A stretch of 64,000 nt of DNA from Camelus ferus (lineage: Eukaryota), in assembly GCF_009834535.1 (NCBI RefSeq), contig NC_045697.1, positions 88,910,001 through 88,974,000 on the forward strand, read 5' to 3'. Positions 14,350 to 26,028 of this stretch are shown here, in pieces. The position numbers and the translations under genes are program-made. Positions within the stretch are counted from its first letter, which is position 1, and each line of letters begins with the position of its first letter. A model generated the notes under the pieces. The model was not told where the DNA came from and made no database searches. It was given only the letters and a program-made list of their open reading frames with translations.

Positions 14350-14805
14350 AGTCGTGACGGTTCTTTTCGCGCCCTTGACTTCCTCACCATTATCTACCTG
14401 CTCTTCTCCCTGTCCACAATGCTCTGACTATACTGGGCCACTTGGTGTTCCTGCACTTTGAGACTTTCTCCCTTGGCTCTTTCCTCTGCTGGGAATGATT
14501 GTCTATCAGATATACTTTGCTCCTTCACTTTGTTTAGGACTCCAGAAAAACAGACCCTCCCTTCACTGCTTAACCTAGAGATCCATCAACACCCCCAAAC
14601 TCCTAATGCCCCTTTTCTGCCTTAATTATCCCACAGAACTTCCTTCTTTCTAACTTACTACACATTTATCTAATTTTGGAGTTTCCTTCTGTCTCTTCCA
14701 CAAGGAAAAATAAATAGCCCATGGAATTTTTTTTCATCACTTTACCTCCATGCTTAGAACAGCGCTTGGCATGTCATAGACATTCAAAACTCATTAACTG
14801 CATGA
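14350..14805 (+). mobile_element. L2 LINE 3' fragment
   Basis: Ends in cctccatgcttagaacagcgcttggcatgtcatagacattcaa, an L2 3' tail; internal ttcctctgctgggaatg. Confidence 0.65.
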
Positions 14806-15157
14806 GCTGTCTGGTGGAGGAGATGTGTACACGTGGCCCCGAGATCACATGAACCAAAGTGTTTATTTGACCAAGAAGTTTTACTCAACTAAAAATTAAT
14901 TTAAAGACGAAATAATCACTGCTTTTTTATTGTGTAAGATGTTATTTTGTTTAACCTTCTCCTTTATGAATAAGGCAAGGCACCTGCTACAGGATAACTT
15001 CTACTTTGATTAGATGTTCCAAATATAGTTGTAACTTGAGTTGCAAAGAATTGAGTGCATGAAACTAAACTGGTTAATAAAAGTTTGTATCAAATTTTAA
15101 CAAATTTCCCCCACCTGGTTTTGTGCTTTATGTGTCTTCATTCCAATTTGATTTCAG

Positions 15158-15282
15158 ATGCCCTCGACTCGAAGGCGCTTGCTCTCGCAGTCCCTGCCAG
15201 CACGGTGGCACGTGTACAGATTACTGGTCATGGCAGCAGTGTCACTGCAGAGAAGGACTGACTGGGAAATACTGTGAAAAAT
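15158..15282 (+). CDS. FAT4: FAT4 coding exon, EGF-like repeat (CPRLEGACSRSPCQHGGTCTDYWSWQQCHCREGLTGKYCEK)
   Basis: Acceptor tttcag ending 15157; donor T|gtacgc at 15283 is weak but gives the correct phase to the next exon (T+CT = Ser); EGF cysteine spacing. Confidence 0.92.
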
Positions 15283-16931
15283 GTACGCAAGCCATTTCAG
15301 CATCCACAGGAAATTATCGTAACCATATAAAGTATAAGTATATGCACCTAAATATATAACTGAATTAAAAGAATTACATTTTGATTCTGAATATTGGAAA
15401 TATTAAAGGGGCAATGATTGGTCAAATACAAAATCCTTTTTAAATTCATGTTTTTAACCTGAGGAAGAGTGAAACCCTTTTATAATTGTTTACTAAAGAT
15501 GTCCTTAGATTCCATTTTATAAAGACATCATTTAGTTATTGTTGTTTTACCTATAGGGATGCTAGGCAAGTTACAAGGCCAGAGGCTATATTCAGGCTTT
15601 GGCTTAATACTAGCTGCCTTTAGGGGATATTTCACTGCTGAACATGTTGTATTTGGTTGAAAAGTAAGAATACCAAGTCAGTGAACACTGAGTTCAAAAC
15701 ATCATACAGTGGCAATAAAAGCTATTATAGTTAAAGATGATAATTAAGTTTTAAATTCCAATTATTGGAATTGGTTTCAAATATTACTTTTTAAATTCTT
15801 TTATTGGTTGTTTGTTTCTAAATCCTAATAACTATTGTTCATAAGACATTAATGATATTCAAGCCAGCATTAGAGCATCACATTCTCTATTGTGAAGCTT
15901 TAAATCCCACTGACTGTCCCTAATGGGGTCTCTTTTATATAAATTGCCTTATTTTCAGGTAAGCGGTTACAACTTAAATCGTTGCACTTATCTGGCCACT
16001 CTTTAAAGAATCATTTGATTCTATTATAGTATGAGAATGAATAGAAATTTATGATTAAATTTACATACTATAATCAATAAGATCTTAGTAGCAGAGGTAC
16101 AATTGTGTTTAGGAAAATAAACAAAACATAGAAAAGTACATTGTCACATGATTTTTTTTTAAAGTAATGAGTATTTAGTAAGTAGGAACCCAATTATATT
16201 TGGAAAATAAAATGTCATTCATTTGAGAAATGCTTGTGATTCTCTTTAAAAAACTGAGATATAATTCACATACTATAAAGTTTACCTTTTTAAAATGTAC
16301 AATTCAACGCTAAGACCCTTGAGTATATTTTCTTTATGTCTTTTCTTTAGGTCTATTACTTATATACTTCAATAGTGTGAACGTTTTATCAGATTATGAT
16401 AAATTATAATTATACATGACAATTTAAATTCTACAAGATTATTACTACTAATAAAGTCATTTACAAATATAAATATTTGTACACTTCTTTGTTCAAGTTT
16501 TCCTTGTTAAAGGCTTTATGATTACAAATCATTTTAACCATGAAAACATATATAATTAATTTTAGAAACACAGTGAAATTTATGAACAATTTTTTCAGCT
16601 ATGTATTTTTAACATGTGGCTATCTCTTCAAGTGCTCATAATTTATATAGCATGTATCCAATATTGTAATGAGTATTTTCCAAATGAATAATGAGTGTCT
16701 TAAAATGTTTTACATTTCATGGTTCTGAAATGGATATAAACTTATGCAATGATTCACAAGCAGAAATTATTTTTTTCAGAGGAAAATTGGGGACACTAAT
16801 TCCAAAACCTTAATATTTTCACTGTTCTTTTTTCTTATATATATAATTTTTACAATTTTTGTCACCATGGAAACTCTTTAAGAAATGCCTATTGGCTGTG
16901 TTCACGTTTCTCTTCCTTTGCTGGCTTCCAG

Positions 16932-17149
16932 CTGTTACTCCTGACACCGCCTTATCATTAGAAGGCAAAGGGCGCTTGGACTACCACATGAGTCAGAATG
17001 AGAAGAGGGAATATTTGTTGAGACAGAGCATACGAGGTGCTGTGTTGGAGCCTTTTGGTGTGAACACTCTGGAAGTAAAATTCAGGACAAGAAGTGAGAA
17101 TGGCATTTTAATCCACATTCAAGAAAGCAGCAATTACACTACTGTGAAG
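16932..17149 (+). CDS. FAT4: FAT4 coding exon, start of laminin-G domain 2 (SVTPDTALSLEGKGRLDY...VKFRTRSENG...YTTVK)
   Basis: Acceptor ttccag ending 16931; donor AAG|gtaaga at 17150; LamG 'FRT' motif. Confidence 0.95.
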
Positions 17150-18280
17150 GTAAGATAAAAGCTAATGGTGACTTCATTGGATTAGACCGCCTGCTGTGTC
17201 ATGGTTTAAATCACTTCTCCCACAACTTCTGTCCTTTTCTTTACAACCCATTAGAGTTCCGACTAATGCTGGGCACTATTCCAATATCATCTATCTTAAC
17301 TATTCTTCAAGCATTGGCCAGAGTAACAAAGATCTGCATGGTCTGGCTTCAAAACACTTTTGTTTAGAGTAGAGCCCACTGCTAGGTAGGCCAGCATAGA
17401 AAGAGTTGGTTCCAATTTATTTTGCCAGATAAAAATTTATGTTATTTTCACCCTACTTTCAAACAAAGTGCAAATAAAAAGATAGTATGTCTTTGAAATA
17501 GAAACATATTTTTTTCCAAGAATTATTCCAAATACTGATATGTACGTATTCATTGGCAGGACTAGAATAGAAAAAAAAAATGAAAGTTTTTGGCTTTATT
17601 CTGGAACATGTATTCAATTTACCCAGGTAAATCCTGTGAAATTAAATATCTTTGGAATTTATTGTAAGTAAAATTTCAGCTGACTTCTCCAAATCATTTC
17701 TAAATACATATTTTTGAAACATTCTATTTCATGATTGATTTATCATTAAGCTTTTACCCATTTTTTTCTCAGCTGTAAATGAGATGCTAAACTGATGAGT
17801 AATTTCATTACATGTGCATTTTCTGTCAGCTCTTAGCTTTCTCAATTTCTAAAATTATTATTCTGCTTTCTTTCCCACAAATAAGACTTCATCTCTCAGA
17901 CCATCAGTTTATTAGTTTAGTTATACTGAGTGTTTTTTACTAATATCATTTCATATAATTCTGATAACTTTATTTGACTTTTAGCAAATTCTTAAGAAAA
18001 CAAACCCAGATTCCCTGAATTATTTTCACTTATAAATCAGTATTTTGGAAATTACTAAAAACTTAGTTCATAAAGAAAAAAGCAAAATACATAGAAAATT
18101 ACTAGGCTCAGTTCACCTAAAATACTAAAAATAAAAACAGACGTTCACCTTGAAACTTCAGCCTCTTAAATTCTCAAAATTTCTCTCCATCCAAGCTTAT
18201 ATTATGTTTCTCTCCATCTAAGCTGATAGTTATGTGTCATGTACCTAACTTTAAGTAGTACAAAAAACAGTCCCCTAGTT

Positions 18281-18478
18281 CAGTCGTTCCCAACTGGGGG
18301 TGACTTTACCTCTCGGGGGATGTTTGGCAATCTTTTATTGTCATGGGGGGTGGGGGGCTGCTACCAGCATCGAATGGGTGGAGGTCAGATATGTCTCTAC
18401 ACATCTTGCCATGCACAACACCCACAACAGAGAACGATCAGTCTGAAAGGTCAGCAGTGCTGAGGTTGAGACACTCTG
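18281..18478. mobile_element. MER20-like hAT-Charlie non-autonomous DNA transposon
   Basis: Termini cagtcgttcccaac...gttgagacactctg; typical internal tgtttggcaa and ctaccagcatc; 8-bp flanks ccctagtt / ccctaatc (6/8 identical). Confidence 0.8.
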
Positions 18479-19367
18479 CCCTAATCCAGTTGGGGAACAT
18501 CCTCAGGTGATAACTTTACCTCCATTATTAAAGCAAAAAGCCCAATTCCAGAATTAATGAAGTCACTGTAAAACAAAGCACCTGTCACTGTATAATGTTA
18601 TTACTTGGTGTGTACAGTTTTCACTCAGGAGTGTATTGGAAGCAAAGACAGTAAAGAAGTGAAGAAAGAAGTAGACGTTCGTAGGCTACCAGAAACACTT
18701 TTTATATGCACTGAGTGGCTTTGACACTGAGGTCTGTGCATTGTCTGTTAGGCTGCTTCCAAGTCCTCGTGCCATTTAAATGACATATGAAATATTTCTG
18801 TGTGTTATCTCTTTAAGCCAAGAGTTACAAGAAAAATGTGGTTGAAGAAATCGGAGACAGAATATTTTTCTTCCTCAAGGAAGAAGCTGAATGTCAGGAT
18901 CCATTTCTGTCACCATAAAATCTTGCATTTCCAACAGGACAGTAGCAGACAACTCCTCCAGATTGTGTTGCATGGGTAGCAACTTAGAGAGATTTTTTTT
19001 TTTCCTGAAGGGAAGGTAAACTCTGGGTGAATAAAAATAATGACTAACGCAGACCAAAATTCACATTTCTTTTGTATGAAAATGTTGAAAGGCAATTTTT
19101 CAGAGATTGAGGGATTTAGTAAGTGAAGTAAATAGATTCTGAAAAAAGACAATCGTGATGAAGGAGAACTGAATAGACAGGAAGAGAGTGGCTGGTATAA
19201 GCTGTTACTTGGATGACAGGAATACGATCTGCTTACCCAGCCCAGGAAGCTAGGGAAAAGGGACTGTTACTTATCAATTATCTTATCAGTGACCAAGGCC
19301 CCTGGTTTTCTTCTTTCTTTCTTTTGGCTCACTTTCTGACAGTTGCCTTCTCTCTTTTTTTCCCTTC

Positions 19368-19456
19368 TTCTTCTTTTTTTTTTTTTTTTTTTGCATACTC
19401 TGAATTAGTCAGTCTCTGTCTCTGTCTCTGTCTCTCACTCACACACACACACACAC
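19368..19456. repeat. Compound simple repeat: poly(T), (TCTCTG)n, (CA)n
   Basis: Directly visible. Confidence 0.85.
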
Positions 19457-21005
19457 CGAGGCAGGCAGTGGGAAGACACTTTGTGAAAATCAGTAAGAGA
19501 GTTGGGTAATGGGCTTCCATATTGTTAGAGGGGAGAGTATTAGGAGTCGGTAGCAGTAAATGTGAGGAGAGAGAAGAATGTGCAATTTCTTGGGCTTTAA
19601 AAAAAAAAAAAGAAAGAAGGAGAGAAAATTTCAGAGTGAAGAGCAGAAGAAAAACATTCTGTGTTCACCTGCTTTGACACTATGTTTAAAGCATCTCACT
19701 AATCTCTCTGCTTTTGTGGCACTCTGAGGATCTCCTTATTTGGAGTTCTGAAATAATGCCAAGTGATGGGCTTTATTTCTGCTCCACATCAGTTCCTCTG
19801 TTTTGGTGCTTTGTTTTTGTTCCGAAGTGAAGCGAGGTATACTGTACAGAACTGGGATGATTCGGAGCTCTGTGGAGTCAAACATAAAGATATAAACGAA
19901 CAGATACCTCCATGAATAAATAAAACCAAACCAAAAACTGAGCATGATGTTTTGAAAGTTAGGAGGGATGAAAGAGTTAGGTAGAATATTAGGGAGCAGG
20001 AAAACGTTCAGAATGCTGTAATGGAAACATACTTCCTTACTCATTCTCCTCCATGTTATGTTCCAAGGACCCTTTCATCAGAAACTGGTCAAATGGAAGG
20101 ATGACGTGGTGTGATCAATTAAGAGAGAAACAGAGAGCTTGCAGAAGGCTCTTTCCAAGGCTTCTTTCCAAAAAGGACTCTGGCTATAACCAAAGAGGGG
20201 TTGCTGTTTCTACTGTGTGTTTCATGAGACATTGCCCACTTGATGACATGTTATTGTCACTTAACCACAATTTTCTATTTTTTCCCCCTGGGTTCGGTGC
20301 TGGAATATATTATCTGGAGAAAGTGCTTTAATAAAATATTTCATTATGAATAACGCATGTAAATGTGTTAGGCATATTTTCCACAAAGTAAAAATGAACT
20401 CATTTTTAGTTCTACCAGATGTGTTTGTTGCATGTAGAAATAACATTTGATCTGAGTAACAAAATAAACTGATCCATCCTTCCACTCCTGTCATCTGATA
20501 CGTGGCACCACCTTCTCCCCCGGCTGAGGCACCAGCTCTGCCTGGCAACAGTGATGGGATTATGCTCTTCTCATCCTGCCTTATAAATTATTTCATTTTC
20601 TAAGCGTCTACTTAGAAAACTGGAAACTTGGTAGCTGGAAACCGGAGTAAGAGCATCCTGTTACCCAATGTTCTACTGGGTAAAGTAAGAGAAACCAAAT
20701 ATCCCTTAGATAAATTTCAAAAGACAGCCAAAGTAAAGACTTGCCCAGACACCTCATTATTAAGAACTCACCCTTTATTCATCATAGCTGTCATCCTAAT
20801 AAATGATATAAACAATAATAGTGATTTTTTCTAAAATTCCAGTATGTAATAGATGACAGGTACAACAATTTATTTATATCTTTACTTTTCCAACTATGCT
20901 TCATTTATAGTTAAGCACTGATTTCTCTTTCTGGAGATAGCTTTAATATTTTCTGATAATTATGGGCCATTTACTAAATGGATAATTTTTTTAAACTTGC
21001 AAACT

Positions 21006-21256
21006 GATAAATTAGGGGTTGGGGTTTAACAGGCACATGTTACTCTATATAAAATAGATAAATAACTAGGACCCACTGTTTAGCACAGGGACTTATATTC
21101 AATTTCTTGTGATGACATATAATGGAAAAGAATCTGAAAAGAAAATATCTATGGGTATGTATATGTATAACTGAATCACTTTGATGTACACTTGAAACTA
21201 ACATTGCAAATCAACTATACTTCAATAAAAATTAAAAATATAATAAAATACAAAAA
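21006..21256 (+). mobile_element. 5'-truncated L1 3'UTR fragment with A-rich tail
   Basis: tagcacagggacttatattcaa...ataactgaatcactttgatgtacacttgaaactaacattgcaaatcaactatacttcaataaaa, L1 3' end typical of cetartiodactyls. Confidence 0.85.
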
Positions 21257-21592
21257 TACATATAAGTAATCCTAAAAAGATATAATTTACCTATCTTAAA
21301 ATGAGTATTTGCCCTATTATTACTGCAGTTGTGTTCTGGAAAATAATTCTATACATCTTGAAAAATTAGTTATGAATGTCAGATTACTTAGAAAACTTTG
21401 AATCTGTTAAATGTGAAGGCATGTGCTACCTAAAATGGTAAAGGCAATATAGGTAAATATAGTCTAATACAACCAGACACCTCCACTGTTCTCTCTGCAT
21501 TAAATTGATCAATGTTTTAAGGATTCGTTACATTTTTATTTTTATTCAAGCATATCACGGTTTAATTATACATTATTTTAAATGTTTTACAG

Positions 21593-21854
21593 ATTAAGAA
21601 TGGCAAAGTGCATTTTACGTCAGATGCAGGAATTGCTGGGAAAGTGGAGAGAAATATTCCTGATGTCTACGTTGCAGATGGCCACTGGCATACTTTTTTA
21701 ATTGGAAAAAATGGAACAGCTACAGTATTGTCCATCGACAGAATTTATACCAGAGATATCATCCACCCTACTCAGGACTTTGGTGGCCTCGATGTGCTCA
21801 CTATATCTCTCGGAGGAATTCCACCCAATCAGGCTCATCGAGATACTCAAACAG
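21593..21854 (+). CDS. FAT4: FAT4 coding exon, laminin-G 2 (IKNGKVHFTSDAG...VADGHWH...LGGIPPNQAHRDTQT)
   Basis: Acceptor ttttacag ending 21592; donor ACAG|gtaaat at 21855; LamG 'DGHWH' and 'LGG' motifs; 262 nt, phase 0-1. Confidence 0.95.
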
Positions 21855-22076
21855 GTAAATGCTTGTGTTGAGTAGAGGCATGAAAGAAAGGTAAGATTGC
21901 TCCTCCAAGAGTAGTTGGATATCCGACAGTATCCATTATAAGACTCTCATAAATATCTTTAGAAAGTTGGTAATAAATTATCAGCCATCAGTTTCTTTAG
22001 CCATTGTTCTGCCAAGTCCATAATTCAGTCCATGGTGTTTTGATCCTTTCCTTGTACACCAAATATTTATTTAGAC

Positions 22077-23320
22077 ATTCACTCATTTACTTATCCATTT
22101 GTTCATTCACACAACAGATACTTACCGAGCCCTATATATACTTAGTATGAACAACAATGGTGGACTAAATAGCCACTCTTTTCATAGACTACATGGTCCT
22201 GTGAGGAAGACAAACAGTAATCAAATCATTACACAAGTAAATATATTATTTTAACCTTTGATAAATGATGTGAAGGAAGAATCTAAAATTCTAATAAATT
22301 GCAAAACAAAGTGAGAAAGGGAAACGTCTCTGGAAATTGACATTTGTACTTAAATCTGACCTATGAAGATGAGGATGGGACAGTATGAAAGATTAAGTCA
22401 TATCAATGGGAACTAAAGGAAAAAATAGAAAAGTCAAGATCACAGAACCCAAAATGTTGGGGGCTAACGTCACAGATAAAAGATGAAGTTGGAGAATGAA
22501 GGTTCTTCTAGACCATGTGGCAATTCTGATCTCATTCTTGGAACAATGGGAAGTTACTGAAAAATTAATCAGTGGAGTATCAAAATTAGATATGCAGGAC
22601 ATTAAAGATCTTTCAGGCTACCCCGTGGAGAGTGCGTTGCAGAAGGACAAGAGGGGACTTGCATAAATTAGCTGGGAAGAAACTGCAGTGACCTAGGCAA
22701 GGTATTGTGTGAGTTTTGGCCAGTTTAGTGGCAGAGCAGTTGAAAAGTGGATAGGGAAGAATATTTGGGGAATTAAAATCAATGAAAATGTTGAAGATTT
22801 TGATAAAATTCAGGAAGGTTTTTGTCTTTTCAACTAGGAGAAGGGCAGTGCCACTAGGAGAGGAAATGCAGAGCAGTGCCACACGAAGCACATCTCTGGG
22901 GAACATCAGGACTTTGGTTTGGGACTTCCTGGGTTTGGAGCATCTTTGGGAAAGACTTTTGGGTCAATATGCTAGAAATGAGGAGTGGATTTCAGTTGGA
23001 AATATATAGTTAGGAGCTGTCAGTGTGGAGCAGGTAACTTAAGTACTGGGCACGGATGTGATAACCTAACATGACGATAGTGAAAAGAAAGCCTAGGGCC
23101 TTAACCTTCAGTAACTCTAAGAGTCAGTGGTTGTTTAGAAGAGAATGAGACAGAAAGTGGGCTAAGTCACAGAAAGAAAACCAGAAGAGTAGGAATGAAA
23201 GCAGATGTCATAGAAGCTCACGGAAAAAAAGTGCATCGAGGATGGAAATGTCACTAGGGTGGAATGATGCATCAAATAAGAGGGAAATTGAAGAAAGCAT
23301 GGCAGAGTAATGGAGTCAAA
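22077..23320 (-). mobile_element. L2 LINE, ~1.2 kb degenerate
   Basis: Begins with (cattc)n-type reverse L2 tail and cagatacttaccgagcc; purine-rich body typical of antisense L2. Confidence 0.7.
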
Positions 23321-24163
23321 GCATAAGAGTTAAAGCCTGGGTCATCATTAGGTCTTACGTATTTAGCTAGTTTTATAATCTGGATGCTAATTCATTTGGA
23401 TGTTGTTAAAAAATAAGCCAGTGTAAATCATGCTCTTTTGTTAGTGTCAAAATATACTCTTGAGCTTGTGACTGGAACATTAGCAATATTAGCACACAGA
23501 TATGAGTCTAACGTCTTTCTCAACTTTTTTTTTTAAAATCATCACCCTCTCAGGAGCTGTTTTAAATTTTTCTTTTCTAACCTCTGCCATCCCCACGAGA
23601 TGAAATATTAATGCCACGAGTATACTCTCTGTCACCCCTAGAGAGACCCACAAACATGGTACTATAACAGATTTTCCTTTTGCTCCTCAAGAGCCCTTGT
23701 TCAACTTCTTGAGAGCAGTAGCCCCTGCATGGAGACTGCATGATCTAATGGTTGAAGCTATTGGCCAATTTTTGAAGTATTTTTTAGTATTTTTTAAAAT
23801 AAACTTTATTTTATGCATGTAATTCTTGGTGTAGAGACCATAAAAATAAAACAAATGGATAATTAAATGAAAGAAGGGCTAAAAGGAAAACCCAGCCTGT
23901 TGGAGTCATTAATAAATCTTCAGGCAGGGCGGGGTCCCAGCAGTCCACTCCACATTTTTGTCGGGGAACTCTTACACATCTTGTTAACTTATGTTGTAAG
24001 AGGCACAGATTTATTGCCTTTAAACCGGAAGATGGCTCTGAGTGTGGTTTCTAAACTCTACAGATGCGACTGCGAAGCTTCTCTTTCCTAGGTTCCATTA
24101 GTGCGGCCTGTTAAGCCTTTGGTTTTCCCTGAAACGCCTTACCGCTCCTTCTTGCCCCTGCAG

Positions 24164-26028
24164 GGTTTGATGGCTGCATTGCTTCTATGCTGTACGGCGG
24201 AGAAAGCCTTCCTTTCAGCGGGAGACACAGCTTGGCCTCCATCTCCAGGACGGATCCCTCCGTGAAGATCGGCTGCAGGGGCCCGAACATCTGTGCCAGC
24301 AACCCCTGCTGGGGCGACCTGCTGTGCCTCAATCAGTGGTACGCCTACAAGTGCGTGCCGCCCGGGGACTGCGCCTCCCACCCGTGCCAGAACGGGGGCA
24401 GCTGTGAGCCAGGCCTGCACTCCGGCTTCACCTGTAGCTGCCCCGAGTCGCACACGGGGAGGACCTGTGAGACTGTGGTGGCCTGTCTTGGCGTCTTCTG
24501 TCCTCCGGGGAGGGTGTGCAAAGCTGGAAGTCCCGGGGGGCACGTCTGTGTCCCGAGTCAGGCCCCCGAGGAGATCTCCCTGCCTCTGTGGGCGGTGCCT
24601 GCCATCGTGGGCAGCTGCGCCACCGTCCTGGCCCTCCTGGTCCTGAGCTTGATCCTGTGTAATCAGTGCCGGGGGAAGAAGGCCCAAAATCCCAAAGAAG
24701 AGAAGAAACCCAAGGAAAAGAAGAAAAAGGGAAGTGAGAATGTTGCTTTTGATGACCCAGACAACATCCCTCCCTATGGGGAGGACATGACTGTGAGGAA
24801 GCAGCCGGAAGGGAACCCGAAGCCAGATATCATTGAAAGGGAAAACCCTTACCTCATCTACGACGAGACCGACCTTCCGCACACCTCAGAAACCATCCCC
24901 AGTGCCCCCCTGGCCTCACCCGAGCAAGAGATTGAGCACTACGACATCGACAACGCCAGCAGCATCGCCCCCTCCGACGCCGACATCGTCCAGCACTACA
25001 AGCAGTTCCGCAGCCACACCCCTAAATTTTCCATCCAGCGGCACAGCCCTCTGGGCTTTGCCAGGCAATCCCCCATGCCGTTGGGAGCGAGCAGTTTGAC
25101 TTACCAGCCTCCCTACAGCCAAGGTTTAAGGTCCAGCTCCCTGAGCCACTCGGCTTGCCCAACCCCCAACCCTCTGTCGCGCCACAGTCCAGCCCCTTTC
25201 TCCAAGTCCTCTACCTTCTATCGGAACAGCCCAGCCAGGGAGTTGCATCTTCCGATGAGGGATGGGAATACTTTGGAAATGCACAGCGACGCGTGCCAAC
25301 CTGGCATTTTCAACTACGCCACGAGGCTGGGAAGGAGAAGCAAGAGTCCCCAGGCCATGGCGTCGCACGGTTCTAGACCTGGGAGTCGCCTGAAGCAGCC
25401 GATCGGGCAGATTCCTCTGGAATCCTCTCCTCCAGTAGGACTCTCCATTGAAGAGGTGGAGAGGCTAAACACCCCTCGCCCTCGAAACCCGAGTATCTGC
25501 AGTGCAGATCACGGAAGGTCGTCTTCAGAGGAGGACTGCAGAAGGCCACTGTCCAGAACGCGGAACCCAGCGGATGGCATTCCAGCCCCAGAGTCTTCGT
25601 CGGATAGTGACTCGCATGAGTCTTTCACTTGCTCAGAAATGGAATATGACAGGGAAAAGCCCATGGTGTATACTTCCAGGATGCCCAAATTATCTCAAGT
25701 CAATGAGTCTGATGCAGATGATGAAGATAATTACGGAGCCAGACTGAAGCCCAGAAGATACCATGGCCGCAGGGCTGAGGGAGGACCTGTGGGCCCACAG
25801 GCAGCAGCCCCAGGGGTTGCTGACAACACACTGCCCTTGAAGCTCGGGCAGCAAGCAGGGAATTTCAACTGGGACAACCTTTTGAACTGGGGCCCTGGCT
25901 TTGGCCATTATGTAGATGTTTTTAAAGATCTGGCATCTCTCCCAGAAAAAGCAGCAGCAAATGAAGAAGGCAAAAGTGGGACCACTAAGCCAGCCCCCAA
26001 AGATGGGGAAGCAGAACAGTACGTGTGA
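24164..26028 (+). CDS. FAT4: FAT4 terminal coding exon: end of LamG2, EGF-like repeats, transmembrane helix (~24586-24660) and Ser/Pro-rich intracellular domain ending EAEQYV-stop
   Basis: Acceptor cccctgcag ending 24163; 613-aa ORF 24187-26028 extends upstream in frame (GFDGCIASM); hydrophobic LWAVPAIVGSCATVLALLVLSLILC followed by a basic Lys-rich stretch; tail matches recalled FAT4. Confidence 0.98.

Noticed and set aside
24139..24882. 247-aa antisense ORF, and other overlapping ORFs in 24111-26082
   Set aside because: Shadow frames of the GC-rich FAT4 terminal exon; no recognisable domain or independent gene structure
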